Shown in pieces: positions 1 through 12,700 of a stretch of DNA of 64,000 nt. Position 1 is the stretch's first letter. Each line of letters begins with the position of its first letter. A program made the translations under genes and the position numbers. A model generated the notes under the pieces. The model ran no database searches, had not been told where the DNA came from, and saw only the letters and a program-made list of their open reading frames with translations. This stretch comes from Amphiscolops sp. MND2022 (taxonomy: Eukaryota): the NCBI GenBank assembly GCA_964187785.1, contig OZ076414.1, positions 47,926,001 to 47,990,000 of the forward strand, written 5' to 3'.

Positions 1-695
1 AGTCACCATGATGATAAGGATACACGGTAGTAAAGCCTCAGTATAAGAGGTAATTGAGACAATTGCGTGCTAAAATGACTGGTGCTTGCGGTCATACTAG
101 ATCAAACATGAATAATTAAACGCCGATTATCACCCGTCACGACTGTAACCACCAGTCGTCGAGTGCAATTAAATAGCAATTAGTAAATCGAATGTCATTG
201 GCTAAACGGAAAGGTGCTAACACACTTTTATAGTTACACAATCGTGTAAAACCGAAGTCACTCGCGAGTTGTAACTATTGATAGAACAAGTTGCTCACTA
301 CCCTGCTTACAAGTTATCAATCTTTATCATAACATTAACACATTTCAATTCAACTTAAAACTTCCAGACTTTTCATGGTAACTACTAGATCTCAAAGTAG
401 CCAAAATAGACAAGTAGAAACTGGAAATATGGACAGATCAAGCGATAATGAAAGTGAATCCAGTTTCCCTGAACTCTTATCCAGAGACCAAATCGTAGAC
501 CTGACTCTGACGACGTATTAACTAGACGTCAAAATAGTAATAATTATAGCATTGATCAACGATTTAATGAGATAAATAGACAAATCGGAGACCTTACCAG
601 CATAGTCCTTACATTAACCAATCAGTTTGCCTCCGTTAATGGAGAAGGGAACAGACTAAACTCAGCAACTACAAGTGCTGACAGTCGTTCCGACA
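1..695 (+). mobile_element. 3' part of an LTR (solo or 3' LTR) of a further Gypsy family
   Basis: Ends ...CGTTCCGACA at 695 with no TGG primer site after it. Carries an ATG-led ORF remnant that ends at the terminal A, like the E1 and E2 LTRs. Left end is outside the window. Confidence 0.55.
429..695 (+). pseudogene. LTR-encoded Gag-leader remnant
   Basis: MDRSSDNESESSFPELLSRDQIVD, one frameshift, then DSDDVLTRRQ...TSADSRSD plus a terminal A. Confidence 0.5.
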
Positions 696-876
696 ACATC
701 ACAATACACTATTAAAGTATTGCTAAAAAAACATCGCTATCAAATCTCTTGTTCATGAAACAAAATGACAGAATGTCTTTGATGTAAAATATAATTTAAT
801 TTGAGGCTAAAACTCTTATGTTTTCCGTAATGAAATAAAAATCTAGCAGTCAGTAAAAAGCTTTTATCATAGTATT

Positions 877-1948
877 TGTTGCAGGCTGCCGACTGTGATG
901 GCAACCTCTACACTATCGACCAAAGTGTACCTATGGCCCTACCCGGCACATTGCCAATATAATCGCAATTGTTAACAAACTCGAAAACAATATTTGTATT
1001 TTTGCTATTAACATATGTAAATTAGTTTTACGTTTTTATGAATTTAGTGCAGTTATAATTTGACAGCAAGGTACACTGACAGGCAGAAAGAAAACGAGTT
1101 CAAATATTTGCCTGTCCAGTATATTTAGCATAGCCGCGTACGGCGTATTAGCCAATCTAGTCTCATTTATAGCTGCTACAATACGTTTACTGCTAATCAG
1201 AAAAGACCGATAAGGCCACTTGGCCTAAGCGGTCTTATTGCACTTTGTTATTGTACTGTGAAATTACTGAGTAGTTATAAAAGGACAAACGTGGCTTTGA
1301 AGTCTAATTAGCCTTATTTGTTGAAATATTGCTGACGATGCTATTATATGGAATAAAACCTGGAACCGCTGATAAACCAAACAAGCCTTTTCAATCTTTG
1401 AAACTCTGATATGATATTGGGTATAGACATAATCATAACTCAGTGAAATACATATTCTGGGATGTCATATAGTCAATTTCATGAAAAATCAACATGTAGT
1501 GTTGCCCTATTCTTCCTATGTGGAAATGAAATCGAATTTCCCGTGCGGCCATTGGCCGTATAAACCAACATGAATTTATTATGCATGTGAAATTGTTTTA
1601 TACAAAAAGTTACGCCTGTAAACATTTTGACCTATACGTCCCGCGGCCTTGCTCAGCACTTTGATCTAACCGCTCCCACAAGCCCCCGGTGACGTAATGT
1701 TGCTATTTGTAGTGATGATGAATGCTATTTTTAACCTGTAAGTTATTTATAGTAACACTCCACTATTTTACCGCGTGTCATGCCCACTTGGGTTTATATA
1801 CCCAACCCGGGCATTTGAACGACACAATTTTTCACTTGAAATGCATTTATTCAGTTGCTCTGTAGTTATACAAGTTTTGTAAAACTCTCCTACTCTACCC
1901 CATTACAGGAACAATTTCTTCCCGTAGAAACGCTTTTTTGCCTTCCAC
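877..1948 (+). repeat. E1 5' LTR, truncated by internal deletion
   Basis: Colinear with 26219-27291 (roughly 85% by eye). Breaks just after the leader start codon and joins the RNase H end (CAATTCAATTTT, QFNF). Confidence 0.8.
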
Positions 1949-4169
1949 AATTCAATTTTGTAATAGCACATGCTCCAGGAAAAAACAATATTGCGACCGA
2001 CTACCTATCTCGTATGGAAATGAATCCCAAGGAGAAACTCATCCTGAAAATCCGTGAAGACGTCGAAACACGGCCCTTTGAGGTAAATGTCCAATCAGCA
2101 GGCGTATCAGAAGAGGAACAAGTGGTCTTCACTGAAGACGATGACGAAACGGAAACGCAAATTTGGGAACTTAAAAAACGAAACCGTAACAACCCAATCG
2201 ACCAAGAAATCGTAATCCATATTGATACAATATCTGAAAATATTGTTGATGAAATCACAAACTTTACTCAGAATATACGTAAAACGTACCAGATTCTACT
2301 CGAGCAGTCCAAAAATCCTACGTTACAACAACTAAATGCCAAATTTTAGAACGGAAACTTTTCTGAAGAAATTCTCCAACAAGATGTTCGCTATAAACAC
2401 TATCTCAACAGTTTGGAGCGAATAGTCCTCAAGGACAAGATAGCCACGCGACAGTACAAAGATGAGACTGGACAAATTAAATACCACCAGATTCTTTTGC
2501 CGAAACACCTGCTGAGAGAGCTTTTACAAGCGGTACCTGGAACCGCTCACAAACATCCTGGCATATCTAAAATGTTGCTGGAAATTCGCCAGAGGTAATA
2601 CTACCCCGGAATATCTAAACATTTGAAAAGATGGGTAGAAGGATGCGAAACTTGTGCAAAAAATAAACGTGTTCCAAATAACTCAATAACACCTGAACTG
2701 TTCAATTCGTCCGAATGGGACCTTGGACAAGAGGACGCAATGCAGATTGACTTATTACCAAATCTGTCAACGAGTGGAGGTTATCAAACAGTGATGACGG
2801 CGATAGATGTTTTCTCTAGATACCTGTTCGCCTACCTGCTAGATGAGGCTACCGCCTGAAACGCGGCAAAAGTTCTAATCGACATCTTGACAAAACATGC
2901 ATATCTGCCTACTACAATCATCACGGACAAAGGGACTGCATTCACGTCAAAATTTATTGCAGAAAAAACACAAATTCTTGGCATCGCGATAAAATTAGCA
3001 ACTAATAAACACCCGCAAACAATTGCCAAGCTTGAAAGTACTCATGCCTCATTAAAAACAAACCTGAAAAGGGCCTCACGTGAATATCGCCATCAATGGC
3101 ATAAATATTTGCCACTAGCTGTGCTCAATTTCAATACTACCTACACCTCCAGTAATGTCTTCCACGGCCGATTTCTTTACAATGTCCTATATCATAAAAT
3201 TGGAGATAAAGCCAATAAAGGTTTCTTGCCCACAACGGAATTTGCAGAAGATTACAACAGAGGACGCAAATTCTCATCGGTAAAACTCAACAAAATGTCA
3301 TGCAGTTTTACTTGAAATGCAAACAGAAATATGACCACAAAGCCAAGGCTGCCCCTCTAAACGAGAAAGATTTCTGTTTTGTTTGTCAACCCAAAGCAGA
3401 TAAGTAAGGATCAAAAATACCGTTTAGGGACTACCGTTGGGATGGTCCTTACCGAATTGAAAAAGTACTAACCACAAGAATTATATCGTCCGGCGTTTAA
3501 ATACAAATAAAACGCAGATACTACACCGCATCAGACTGAAAACATTTGTCTCAAATACACCCTTAGAGGACAAATATTCCAAAAAAATGACAACCTGATG
3601 ACGAAATAATCATTCCCCAAGATGATTTACATACTATTTGATGGGAACAATTTTTTTGACTACAATTCTTCGAGCCGAGACAGGACGATAATGCTAACAC
3701 TGCAAAAAAGATTGTCATTTACGACAATGCTGATGACGACGCGGTAGAGCCAAGACCGGCCACCATTCGCGATGGCATGACTACACGAGATGCAAATGAC
3801 GTCACTGAAGCAATAAAAATGAACACGACGTAAGGCCGCATAACCACTATCCGAGACACATTAACCTTAAATGATGAAGATGACGTCAACGAGAACGCTG
3901 CAAAAGATAAACAACACAGCGAAATAGAGATGTCGGATTCGGCGACTAGCGAGACAACCAAAATATTGGCGCCACGCTTACCGACTCATGAAATGATATT
4001 GATGAAGGCACCTGCAATTCTTCTAAGAGTGGGGAGGATAAGCCCGTGCCCGGAACATCCGATAATGGAAAAAATGAAAAAAAACTAATGAAACATTTAG
4101 CCCTAGAGGAGGGAAATATAACCTTCGTCCTAACCCCACCCCAATTTTACTGTTTAATACAGATATTAG
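1948..4169 (+). pseudogene. pol: E1 pol remnant: RNase H C-terminus, integrase and C-terminal tail
   Basis: QFNFVIAHAPGKNNIATDYLSR; HKHPG...CETC (HHCC); QIDLLP, TDKGTAF, KLESTH (DDE region); final NLRPNPTPNF motif also seen in E2 (NLRPNLKPN). Many stops and frameshifts. Confidence 0.9.
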
Positions 4170-4199
4170 TCAGATATTTGAAATCTGAAAGTAGTTGAC

Positions 4200-6050
4200 A
4201 TCTTTTGAACATTTGGCCAAATAAGAATGAGCAGGTAAGAGCATATCGATGAGGCGGCATTTGGGGCTAGAAGTATCCACCTCATGAAACTTATTGGATG
4301 GGAGTTCTGTCCCACTCGCGGTCAGGCATAGGCAACTCAGCCGGAAGAGTTAAAATAAATTCTTGCGACTCCGCAGGCAGAAAGAACAATGAGGAAGCTG
4401 ACTATATCTGTCACTTGTCCAGGTTGATCCTTGAAGTGGGCAACGCTAGTGCGCAAATATTCCACAAACTCCACATACTCATCGCGATAATCAGACTCAG
4501 AGGCCCGTTGGACAACTCCACCCAAACAAATTGTTTGAAATAAAGCGTTGAAACAAAAGGAGACTTGCTCCATTGGCAACGAGACCAACACGTGGGGGTC
4601 GAAACAAGCCATTCCGTGGACAATATCCGCAGTAAGATGGACATCACGCAACATTGTCTCCAATAGAAACACAAAATAACCTCGGGCATTCGCTGCAAAA
4701 TTATCCCCTTCACTGGGTATTAAAGCTTCAATATTGTTGACAGGCTTCTGGAATTGTTGTCAGAAGCACTTCGAGACTGTTGGACCCTGTTCTTACAGAT
4801 GGCATCTATATCAGTTTTCAACTTCAAGCGATTCGGGAAGTCCCGGCCGGAAAGCAGACGGAGACCATCAGGGTATAGGTATAGCAGGCCCGTCCGATTA
4901 ACATCGTCAGGAATGCATTTGGAAAAGACAGCACGGGTTTAGAGCTTTCGCAAGAAACGGCAGAATTGTCCGTAGGTGAAGAAAGCGGCATCACGTTGTC
5001 CGGTTAAATTGCGGTCGAAAGACTTGACATCTAAACGTCACCCTTTCAGAAAGACGAACCTGGAAACCAAATGTCAATAAAAAGTCCATACTTACAGTCG
5101 CGGACGAAAAGGCTGAAGATCTCTAGCTTGATAAGGAAATACTCGTCCATCAGGATCATCCACTCCAGACTCTGTGGCTATAATACAAAACCAGGATGAA
5201 AACCTTGTGAGTGAAACTACCTGCTAGGGTCCTAATGATTATCATTCTTGTCGCACTCAAATCACAAGACGACCCAAGTCAAATTTCTGGTGTTGGTCAG
5301 CAATAATTAATATACGTTACTGAAAGGCAAACTAAGCGGAACACGATGTGTAACTTAATCGGTTTTGGACTCCTTGGACAGCTTGGGAGGGGGCATTCCG
5401 CGTCATGAAATCCGGGATGTTGTGCCATTGTGTCACCACCTCAGTGCTGAAGGCAGGGATGCTTCGAAGATCCAAATCACAAGCGGTAATTGCCTAGAAA
5501 ACAAATGTTTGCCTTTAGAGTACGACCTCAAATGGTCTAAGAACCTCCCTCCACTAACATGAACCCGAATACAATTCCCTAAGGAAAGGAAAGAATATTT
5601 ACCTTCGAGAGGTTGGGACACTCGAGGATCCACGACTGATCAAGATTGTCACTGCGGAAAACGACCAGTAATTTGAGTAGTGGAAAGAAGTCTGTCTTCA
5701 CGAAGAAACTCTCATACTTCTGGTGCATGAGGCCTGGCAGGGACAAGACTTCGAATCTGAAAAGGTACTGGACAGTGTGTTTGAAGAGGCCACACTGGTC
5801 GAGTGTCTGTAATATGGCGGACGTACAACTAGAGATGCTAACGAGATTGGGCTCGGCAAAGACTAAGGACAACAAGCGTGAAACCGAACCGAGGAAGATT
5901 CCTGGATAAGCTGAGGTGAGGGAATCTCAGCATAACTCTATTCGCTGGATGACATCATCCCGCCAGAATCGCACCGCCATATAACAGTAACCTTTGCGGT
6001 TTGTGAATTCCAAGGAATATGTTCCTTCCTTGGCCACTTGTACGGCAATG
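4200..6050 (-). pseudogene. E1 antisense cargo gene, 3' part (hAT-like fold)
   Basis: AVQVAKEGTYSLEFTNRKGYCYMAVRFWRDDVIQRIEL (6047 down), LLSLVFAEPNLVSISSCT... (5875-5579), LTADIVHGMACFDPHVL...RDEYVEFVEYLR (4672-4337), then RKNLF*LFRLSCLCL. Aligns with the E2 cargo gene. Confidence 0.7.
5962..6050 (+). repeat. 89-bp direct duplication flanking E2 (partner 22534-22622)
   Basis: GCCAGAATC...TACGGCAATG on both sides, 1 mismatch in 89. Confidence 0.9.
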
Positions 6051-6447
6051 TGTTACAACAGACATTCGGGTCGTTTTGCGTAGAATTTATCCTAACCGAT
6101 TTTGTCGGAGTATAAATACTCCTAGTTTCGTTTTCCGTTTTCTCATCGAAGTTATCTCTAGGGTTCTCTCTTCTTTCAGATTTTAGAAGCTTCAACATCT
6201 CCTTCTGAGATTCAATGAGGAGATTCTTGATCTCGGAAGTTATTTCCTCCTTCAAAGAAGCCCTTAAGTTCTCCAAGAGGCTATTTTCAATTCGGGGTGA
6301 TTTTGGTCTAGATGGACCCGTTACTTCTACGTCCTGGTTTGAGGAACAGGGGTTTTCCATTACTATTGGTGAAACAAAACCTTCACTTACGTTTCTATCA
6401 CCTTCTTGTTGATCATTCCTTCTTTTCTGGCTTCTTGTTGTTGACAT
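6051..6447 (-). CDS. Gag N-terminal leader inside the E2 3' LTR (132 codons, reads out into flank to 5938)
   Basis: MSTTRSQKRRND...NDPNVCCN; near-identical peptide is in frame with Gag in the 5' LTR (ORF 19336-20322). Confidence 0.7.
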
Positions 6448-8717
6448 TTTGTTGTAGAAAACACTTATCTTGAAGAATTGAAATTCTTTCGGAGATACTT
6501 TCTAACAGAGTTAGGCGAAAATGAGAGTTTGGCGAAGTTGAGAATTCAACTGAATTATACAATTGCAAAAGACTGAGTCCCTCAGCCAACTAAAATCTTC
6601 GTATATATACCCTCCTCGCATCATTTGATCACAACTAAAATTCCCAAATTTCCTTGAACAAATTAGTCATTTCCTGTATTTTTGATGAAAAATTCATTCT
6701 TTCCCAATTTTACGTCGACTTTTTGTCAATTTTTGAGACACGACAATCTTTGCTTTATATTAGTCATCAGGCATAATCACATCATTTCATCTCGGCGTCC
6801 TTTTTATTTCCTCCCAAGCAGGAAGTAGATAATACTTCAGTCTGTCAAACCGGAAATATTTCCCTGTTTTGCTGCTTTGGTTCGTAAGAAATTGACGCGG
6901 AGATGACGTTGACGTGAACAACTAAAACCTGATTTTGAATTTCCACTTGAAGAAAATGCTATGACTAATGTTTTCAGCCTTGGAATTTCCAAAGATGCTA
7001 GGAAAAATAGAACCAAAAGGTATAGAATTAGCAACGATTTTTAAATTGAATTCAATTTAGATGATTATTAATTAATTAGAACAAGTCAACGAAGTATTGA
7101 CGTTTACATTAGACTACTAAAGTAATTTAACTGCAACACTTGACCATTACAAAACTGGCTAGAACGTTACGGGAATATGACGTGTTAATCAGGAAATTCA
7201 AAGCGTAAAAATCTTCGCAAGTAAATCTTCATAACTCACGAAATTATAGATTGATGTCGTCAAATTAGATCAACGAAACAAAACAACTAGTCACTATAGT
7301 AGTTACAAATGATGAGGTATTTAAACGTGATTTTTATGTACAATTGAGGCAACAATGAACATAGTTATTGTGGAAAGATACAAATGTGGGCATTGCATTA
7401 GAAAAAATTTGATTATGTTATTAAAAATATAGCTTTCTCCAGGTCATATTTCACTGCTTCACGGACACGTCAAAACGACGTCAAGTTATTCAAAATAGTA
7501 TCCAAAGTCTGTAACAGTTAATACAAAATGTAGAGTAACAGCAGTCTCTTCTAGAATAAACGGTGACTTTAGTCATAAAGAGTAGGAAAACCCTATTTAG
7601 GTTATATTGTAACGTGATTTCAATCGGCCAGTACCCAAATTGGCGAGGCCTAGACGTAATCTGTCGGGTTTTTGTTCTAATCTTCGTTGAGCTCTAAATC
7701 GTCCTTAAACGTTTCCTTTTCGTCATTTTCATAATACCGGTATTCATTTCACTATAGTGAATGGACTAAAACAGCTATTTTGATGGATTTTGGACGTAAC
7801 GCGGACGTACGTATTAGCATTAGCCTTAGTTCGCTGGTATTGGACGTAGCATTGACGTAAATTTGGAATGGAATCTAGCTTGGTGTTATAGCTGTGACGT
7901 CACACCGACGTCTGATTTGGAATACTTTCTACCTCGTTAACTAGTTAGTGGCGGAATGCTGACGTCACGATTATAGTAATATTTGCATGTACCTTTAATA
8001 TTTGTTTCCTCAGCGACGCGGTATCGTCCTATTCTACATTAATTGCTGTTCAAAGTGCAATTAAGCTACCTTTCTTAGAAAAGACGTAAATGTTTCGGCG
8101 TGCCATCTCAATGTATTTTCTAGTTTAGATCTGATTGATGTTCTTTCCCGATTGACGACTTTGGTAATGTTTTCGTTTAGATCGGTCTATGGTCTTTGTT
8201 TCAAGACGTATTCTTAAATAAGTTTTCAGGTGGCGAATGTTTCTATTCTGACGTGATAAAAGCGTCCTGCCGGAAGTGTATGAAATCATTTTGGTTCATT
8301 CTAGTTTCTGTTCTCTTTTCCTTTTAAACTTTACGTAAGTTAGACGAACGTTTTCGTATTTCCAGTCACAGTTTATTCAAGATTGGGTTTAAAGTTTTCA
8401 AGTTAGTAGTTGAAATACCATTTGGGGAATCGCAGGCTGCACCCATGGCCTCTTCCGATCCCCACTCGTCTGCAATGGCAACCCAGACCGGGAGCGGGCT
8501 GTGACAGGGCCACTCCTCTGGGGAAAACACCTGGCTGTCTTGGCAAAAACATTAGTGGAGGAGGCCTCGTTTCAGTATCTTCCGGGTCGTCAAAGCTGCG
8601 TCTCACTTCGAGATCGTTTAGTGGGCTTGCAGGACCGAAGTTAATCTTCCTGAGGGTTCCTGGGGGCGTGATGAAATATAATATAATGAGGAATCTTCTT
8701 GATGCACCTTTTCGACA
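6051..8717 (-). repeat. E2 3' LTR
   Basis: Minus strand reads TGTCGAAAAGG...TGTTGTAACA. Colinear with 19785-22454 (2-4 differences per spot-checked 60-mer). The upstream purine tract is weak (GACGAAAGCA), so the 8717 boundary is partly inferred. Confidence 0.8.
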
Positions 8718-9053
8718 TGCTTTCGTCGGGACTTTCAGGGCTGTCTGGAATTTCTTCACTCGCTTGTGCTTCGTCGTTCTCTTCTTGTTGTGGGTGAGAC
8801 TTAGAATCGATGGAGGCCAGACTCGAGTTCAGTTTTATTTTTTGTAGCTTGCTTCAAGCGAGTCTGCAGACACATCAAAATATTCTTCCTCGTCGGCTAC
8901 AGCTTCTGCGGAGGACAGGGAATTTTCCAGTATCACCCTGTAATTGGGTATTGCCTCTCTAGGAAGAGGGGTTGAAGATCTTTCCACAAGATCTCTTTCG
9001 TCTTCACTCGACGAAATGTCAATTAAGTCATAGACGTTTTTGAGGGAGTTCAT
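8403..9053 (-). pseudogene. E2 sense accessory ORF straddling the 3' LTR start
   Basis: Acidic MNSLKNVYDLIDISSSEDE... and EENDEAQASEEIPDSPESPDE, then YFITPP...GCHCRRVGIGRGHGCSLRFP, which is preserved in both LTRs. Frameshifted. Confidence 0.55.
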
Positions 9054-9099
9054 TTTGCGTCGTCGCTGCTGAGTCGTATGTTACAGGGCTGCTGAATTT

Positions 9100-9470
9100 T
9101 TCTTTTGATTGTTCCACAATGAATTTGAGATCAATAAGGACTAAGGAGAATATTGGGATGAATCCCTCCATTCTGATTGGTTGAACAATCATTTTAATCC
9201 TTTTTAATCATCAGGTGTTGACGTTATGTCAACGTCGCTTTTTATTGGCTGCAAATTAAATTGTTTCGCTCAGCCAAGTTTGTCAACGTTATGCTGACGT
9301 CATTTTCGCTAGCTTAGCTAACTTTTGTTTTGTCACCGTTATGATGACGTCATTGTAGATCATAGGATTAGTTTTCTAACCTTAATGACCTTTTGCCGAC
9401 GTTATGTCGACGCCAATTTCGTTGGTGATTAGCCAACTTTAGGTTTTGTCACCGTTATGATGACGTCAAT
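9100..9470. promoter_or_regulatory. Putative bidirectional promoter between the divergent E2 accessory genes
   Basis: TGACGTCA at 9295, 9345 and 9461; repeated TTTTGTCACCGTTATGATGACGTCA; ATTGG (reverse CCAAT) boxes; lies between ORFs pointing away on both sides. Confidence 0.5.
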
Positions 9471-9759
9471 TTTTGGTTGTTGTTTTCATCTTCAGGTTTT
9501 GTTTTCAGATTCTGAGCTATTTCACAATCGACTCACGTCCCACTGTTTCTTCTATTGATCCCGGTGCCCAGAGCGGTAATGAATCACATTGTGTGTTCTC
9601 GGAGAGAGACGTGCGTCAGAGTGACGCAGACGACATTCGCCCACGGGTTGTTGGTAAGAACTTCATTCCCTGATCCATTAAGCTTTTGTGAATAATACTA
9701 CTATCAGATAGGCCTTTTCTGTTTCTTATTTTCACAGCTTAGATTTTCTTGAGGCGTCG

Positions 9760-12700
9760 ATGCTGGGAATGTGCTTTTCTTTTCTAGAGCCCGTGGTGAA
9801 ATCTACTCCTCTTCCTGGTACAGGTTTGGATGTTCCGCCTGTGACCACCTCTCCTGTGACGCCTTCTGCTGACCCTGCGAGTGTTCCTTGTGGGTCTTCT
9901 GCACCTGTGTCCGTTGGTGGTGAGACTCCTGTTGCGTCAGTTTCGAAGCTTGACGTTGTCTCTGCGAAATTGGTCGCTGATTCTTCTTGCGGAGGCGAGA
10001 TAGTATTCCCCACCGGAGAGAAAGATGACGTCTTTGGGACGGAATCTTCGAGAGCTGGGATCCTTGACCAGACCTCCAGCTCACCTCAATTGACTCCTTT
10101 CTTGACTGGATTCGGGAAAGCATTCCCTGGACTGACGCCGTCTGATTCCAAAAGAGAGGTAGGGTTGACATATTTTGTTTGTTCCTTAGCTATTATTTTG
10201 GTTGGCTGCTTGGTCATACATGTTGACGTTACAGTTGCGTCCGCTGCTGCAGAAAGGACTGGGACAGGCTCGTCTGGGAAGAAAAAACGTCAACTGCGCG
10301 TTCAGACTGTGAGCGGTAATGAAAATTTCTTTGTTCGTGAAAATTGAGCTTGGCCGTTAGTGTGGCACATCGAATGCGACTTTGGCTTGTTTCGTAGATT
10401 CTGGTGATTGTGCTGCTCAAGGAATCTCTGGAGTCAGTGATTTGGACGTTTTCAGGACCGAACCTGCTGAAGTTGGCCCCGTTCTAGCGAGTGAGTATTC
10501 TTGATTCTTGTCGTGGTTGTAGTCGTTGTTTTGTATCACGTTGGGTGTTCTGTAATCTGTATCTAAGTATTTGTCGGTTTTGCTAGTCCCATAGATGTAG
10601 TTTGAATGGTGTTAATCGGTAGTTGTGTCGTTTCGTAGGAATGCAAGATCTCATGACGCGGATGGAGAGCAGTCTGGAGGCAGTTGCTTTGCGCGGGAGC
10701 CCCGTCAAGAAGTACAGCAGCCGACATCATCTGCGAAAAGATATGGTGGGCGACCACCCTATCTTTAGCTTGTTTGTCAGTGGAGCTAGCAACGGGTCGG
10801 TATCGCGCTTTCACTGCATGATCTGCAAACGTGATGTTTCCATGTTGTCACGTGGGGCGAGGGAGTTCCTCCGCCATTAATCCGGCGATCGCCACTGGTC
10901 TCGAGATGTGGCATACCGGGTCCAGCAAGGTCTGCCAGTTTTTGACCAGCTCATGAAACCCCTAGAGTTGACGTCAAAGGAGCGAGCGGCATACCTAAGT
11001 CAAGATGTAGTGGATAAGGACGAGGGATTCAGTTTCCCTGAGGACCTGCTGCCGGCGTGCACTCGGGTAGATTCCACGATTCCCCTGCTCACCATGGTGA
11101 ACTGTGTCGCAGAGTTGTGTAGGTGGGGTGGCAGCTACACCTTGTTGCGCAAACTGTGGGGCAATTTCCGTGCTACTTTGGGGCGTGACAATCCCCTGTA
11201 CAGCCTCCGTTGGAACTGTCCTGAGACACTGGTTAGTAATTTCATATTGAGGAGTTTGTCTTCTTTCTTCTTTTTTTCTCTTTTCTGTCCCTCGTGGACG
11301 TATCGTGGTCGGCTTGTAAAAGTTGTGTGGCAGCTGAGTGAGTTGGGGGATTTGTGTTTTAGTCGTTGAGTTGTCGTGCCCTCTTTCCTCGGGTTCTGCG
11401 CTCCATCATTTTTTGCGTGACAGCCTTCAACTGCTACAGCGTGCGCTTTGAAGAGCATCCAGATGGCCAGTACTGCTTTGTACTAACTTGGGAGGGCAAT
11501 ACCCTATTGGACCTTTGCATCAATGTCGAGCCTTCGGGTCAGCGGGTACCCCAGTCAGAGTTGTCGTCCCTGTCTCGCATCAAAACAAGTCTGCCTTCAG
11601 CCTCCTTCCCCGTCAGCATTCGTGGTGTCAGCCCTTCGATTCTGCGAGTACTCAGCGACGAACGCAGTGACGGGCATCGTTTTGTGTATGCTCGGGAGTT
11701 CTCTGCTGATGTGTTCCTGCACTGTTATCGTGTGGCTCGTCAGGAGAATTTTGGACTGTTGGAAGTCACCACAATGGTCGATTTCTTGATGTTGCGTCTT
11801 CGCGGGGCTCTGCAGGAGCGTTGGATGGAGGACTGGCCCGAGCTCTGCCGTTGTGTGGTCGCCGGGAAGGTGTCCTTTGATGAACTGCGCGGAGTCGTGA
11901 CGGAGCTGATTTCGATTTGGAAGACTGTCCGTGAGTACGTCCGGTACACGGCCCTCGACATATCAAGAGCGAGTCCGACAAGGTGGGTATAGTTTTGTTT
12001 CAGAGTGCTATTTTGTAGTCATGCGGTAGGGTGTCGCCACCATGTGCATTTGGCTAAGTGTTCATCGTATTGTTGCTATTTAGATGCGAGGCACTGACAC
12101 ACTCGTCTATTCCGAGACGACGAACAAGCTGCGACTGGGGATGATGCTTCACGTTCTTGATCTGTGTAAGTTGTGCTGTTTTGGTTCTTTCTTTCTCTCT
12201 GTTCTGTTGTGGTTGATATTGTAGATCATTTAGTAAACTGGGTGGTGTGATCGTCGTCGTCATCAGGTTGTCGTCTAGGTATCGTGGTCTTAGTTCTCTG
12301 TTGTGTTTAGATCACTGCACTTTCGTAGAACAAAGAGCTGGACGTGGCGACTACGCATTCCATGCATATAGTGAGATATGCCAATTTGTGTACTGCTTGC
12401 TGGTTCGCAGTCGTAAGGTGTCTAGTCTGCCTCCTCTAAACGATTGGGACTCATACATGGAGCCTTCGAAACTGGACGCATTTGAGAAGGCTAGCAGTGA
12501 TGATTTCCTGGAGAACCATGAGTTTGGGGTCGCGTTGCATCGATCAAACACTGACGTGATGTGTGAATTCCGCAATCGTTGCCGGGAATTTGTGGATCGT
12601 CTGGTGGACATTATCTTGGGCCAGCAGGTCGTATCCTCCGATTTCCTGCAGGGTTGTATTGCTTTTGCCCCGAATTGCTCCTCGAAGGTGACGATCGTCA

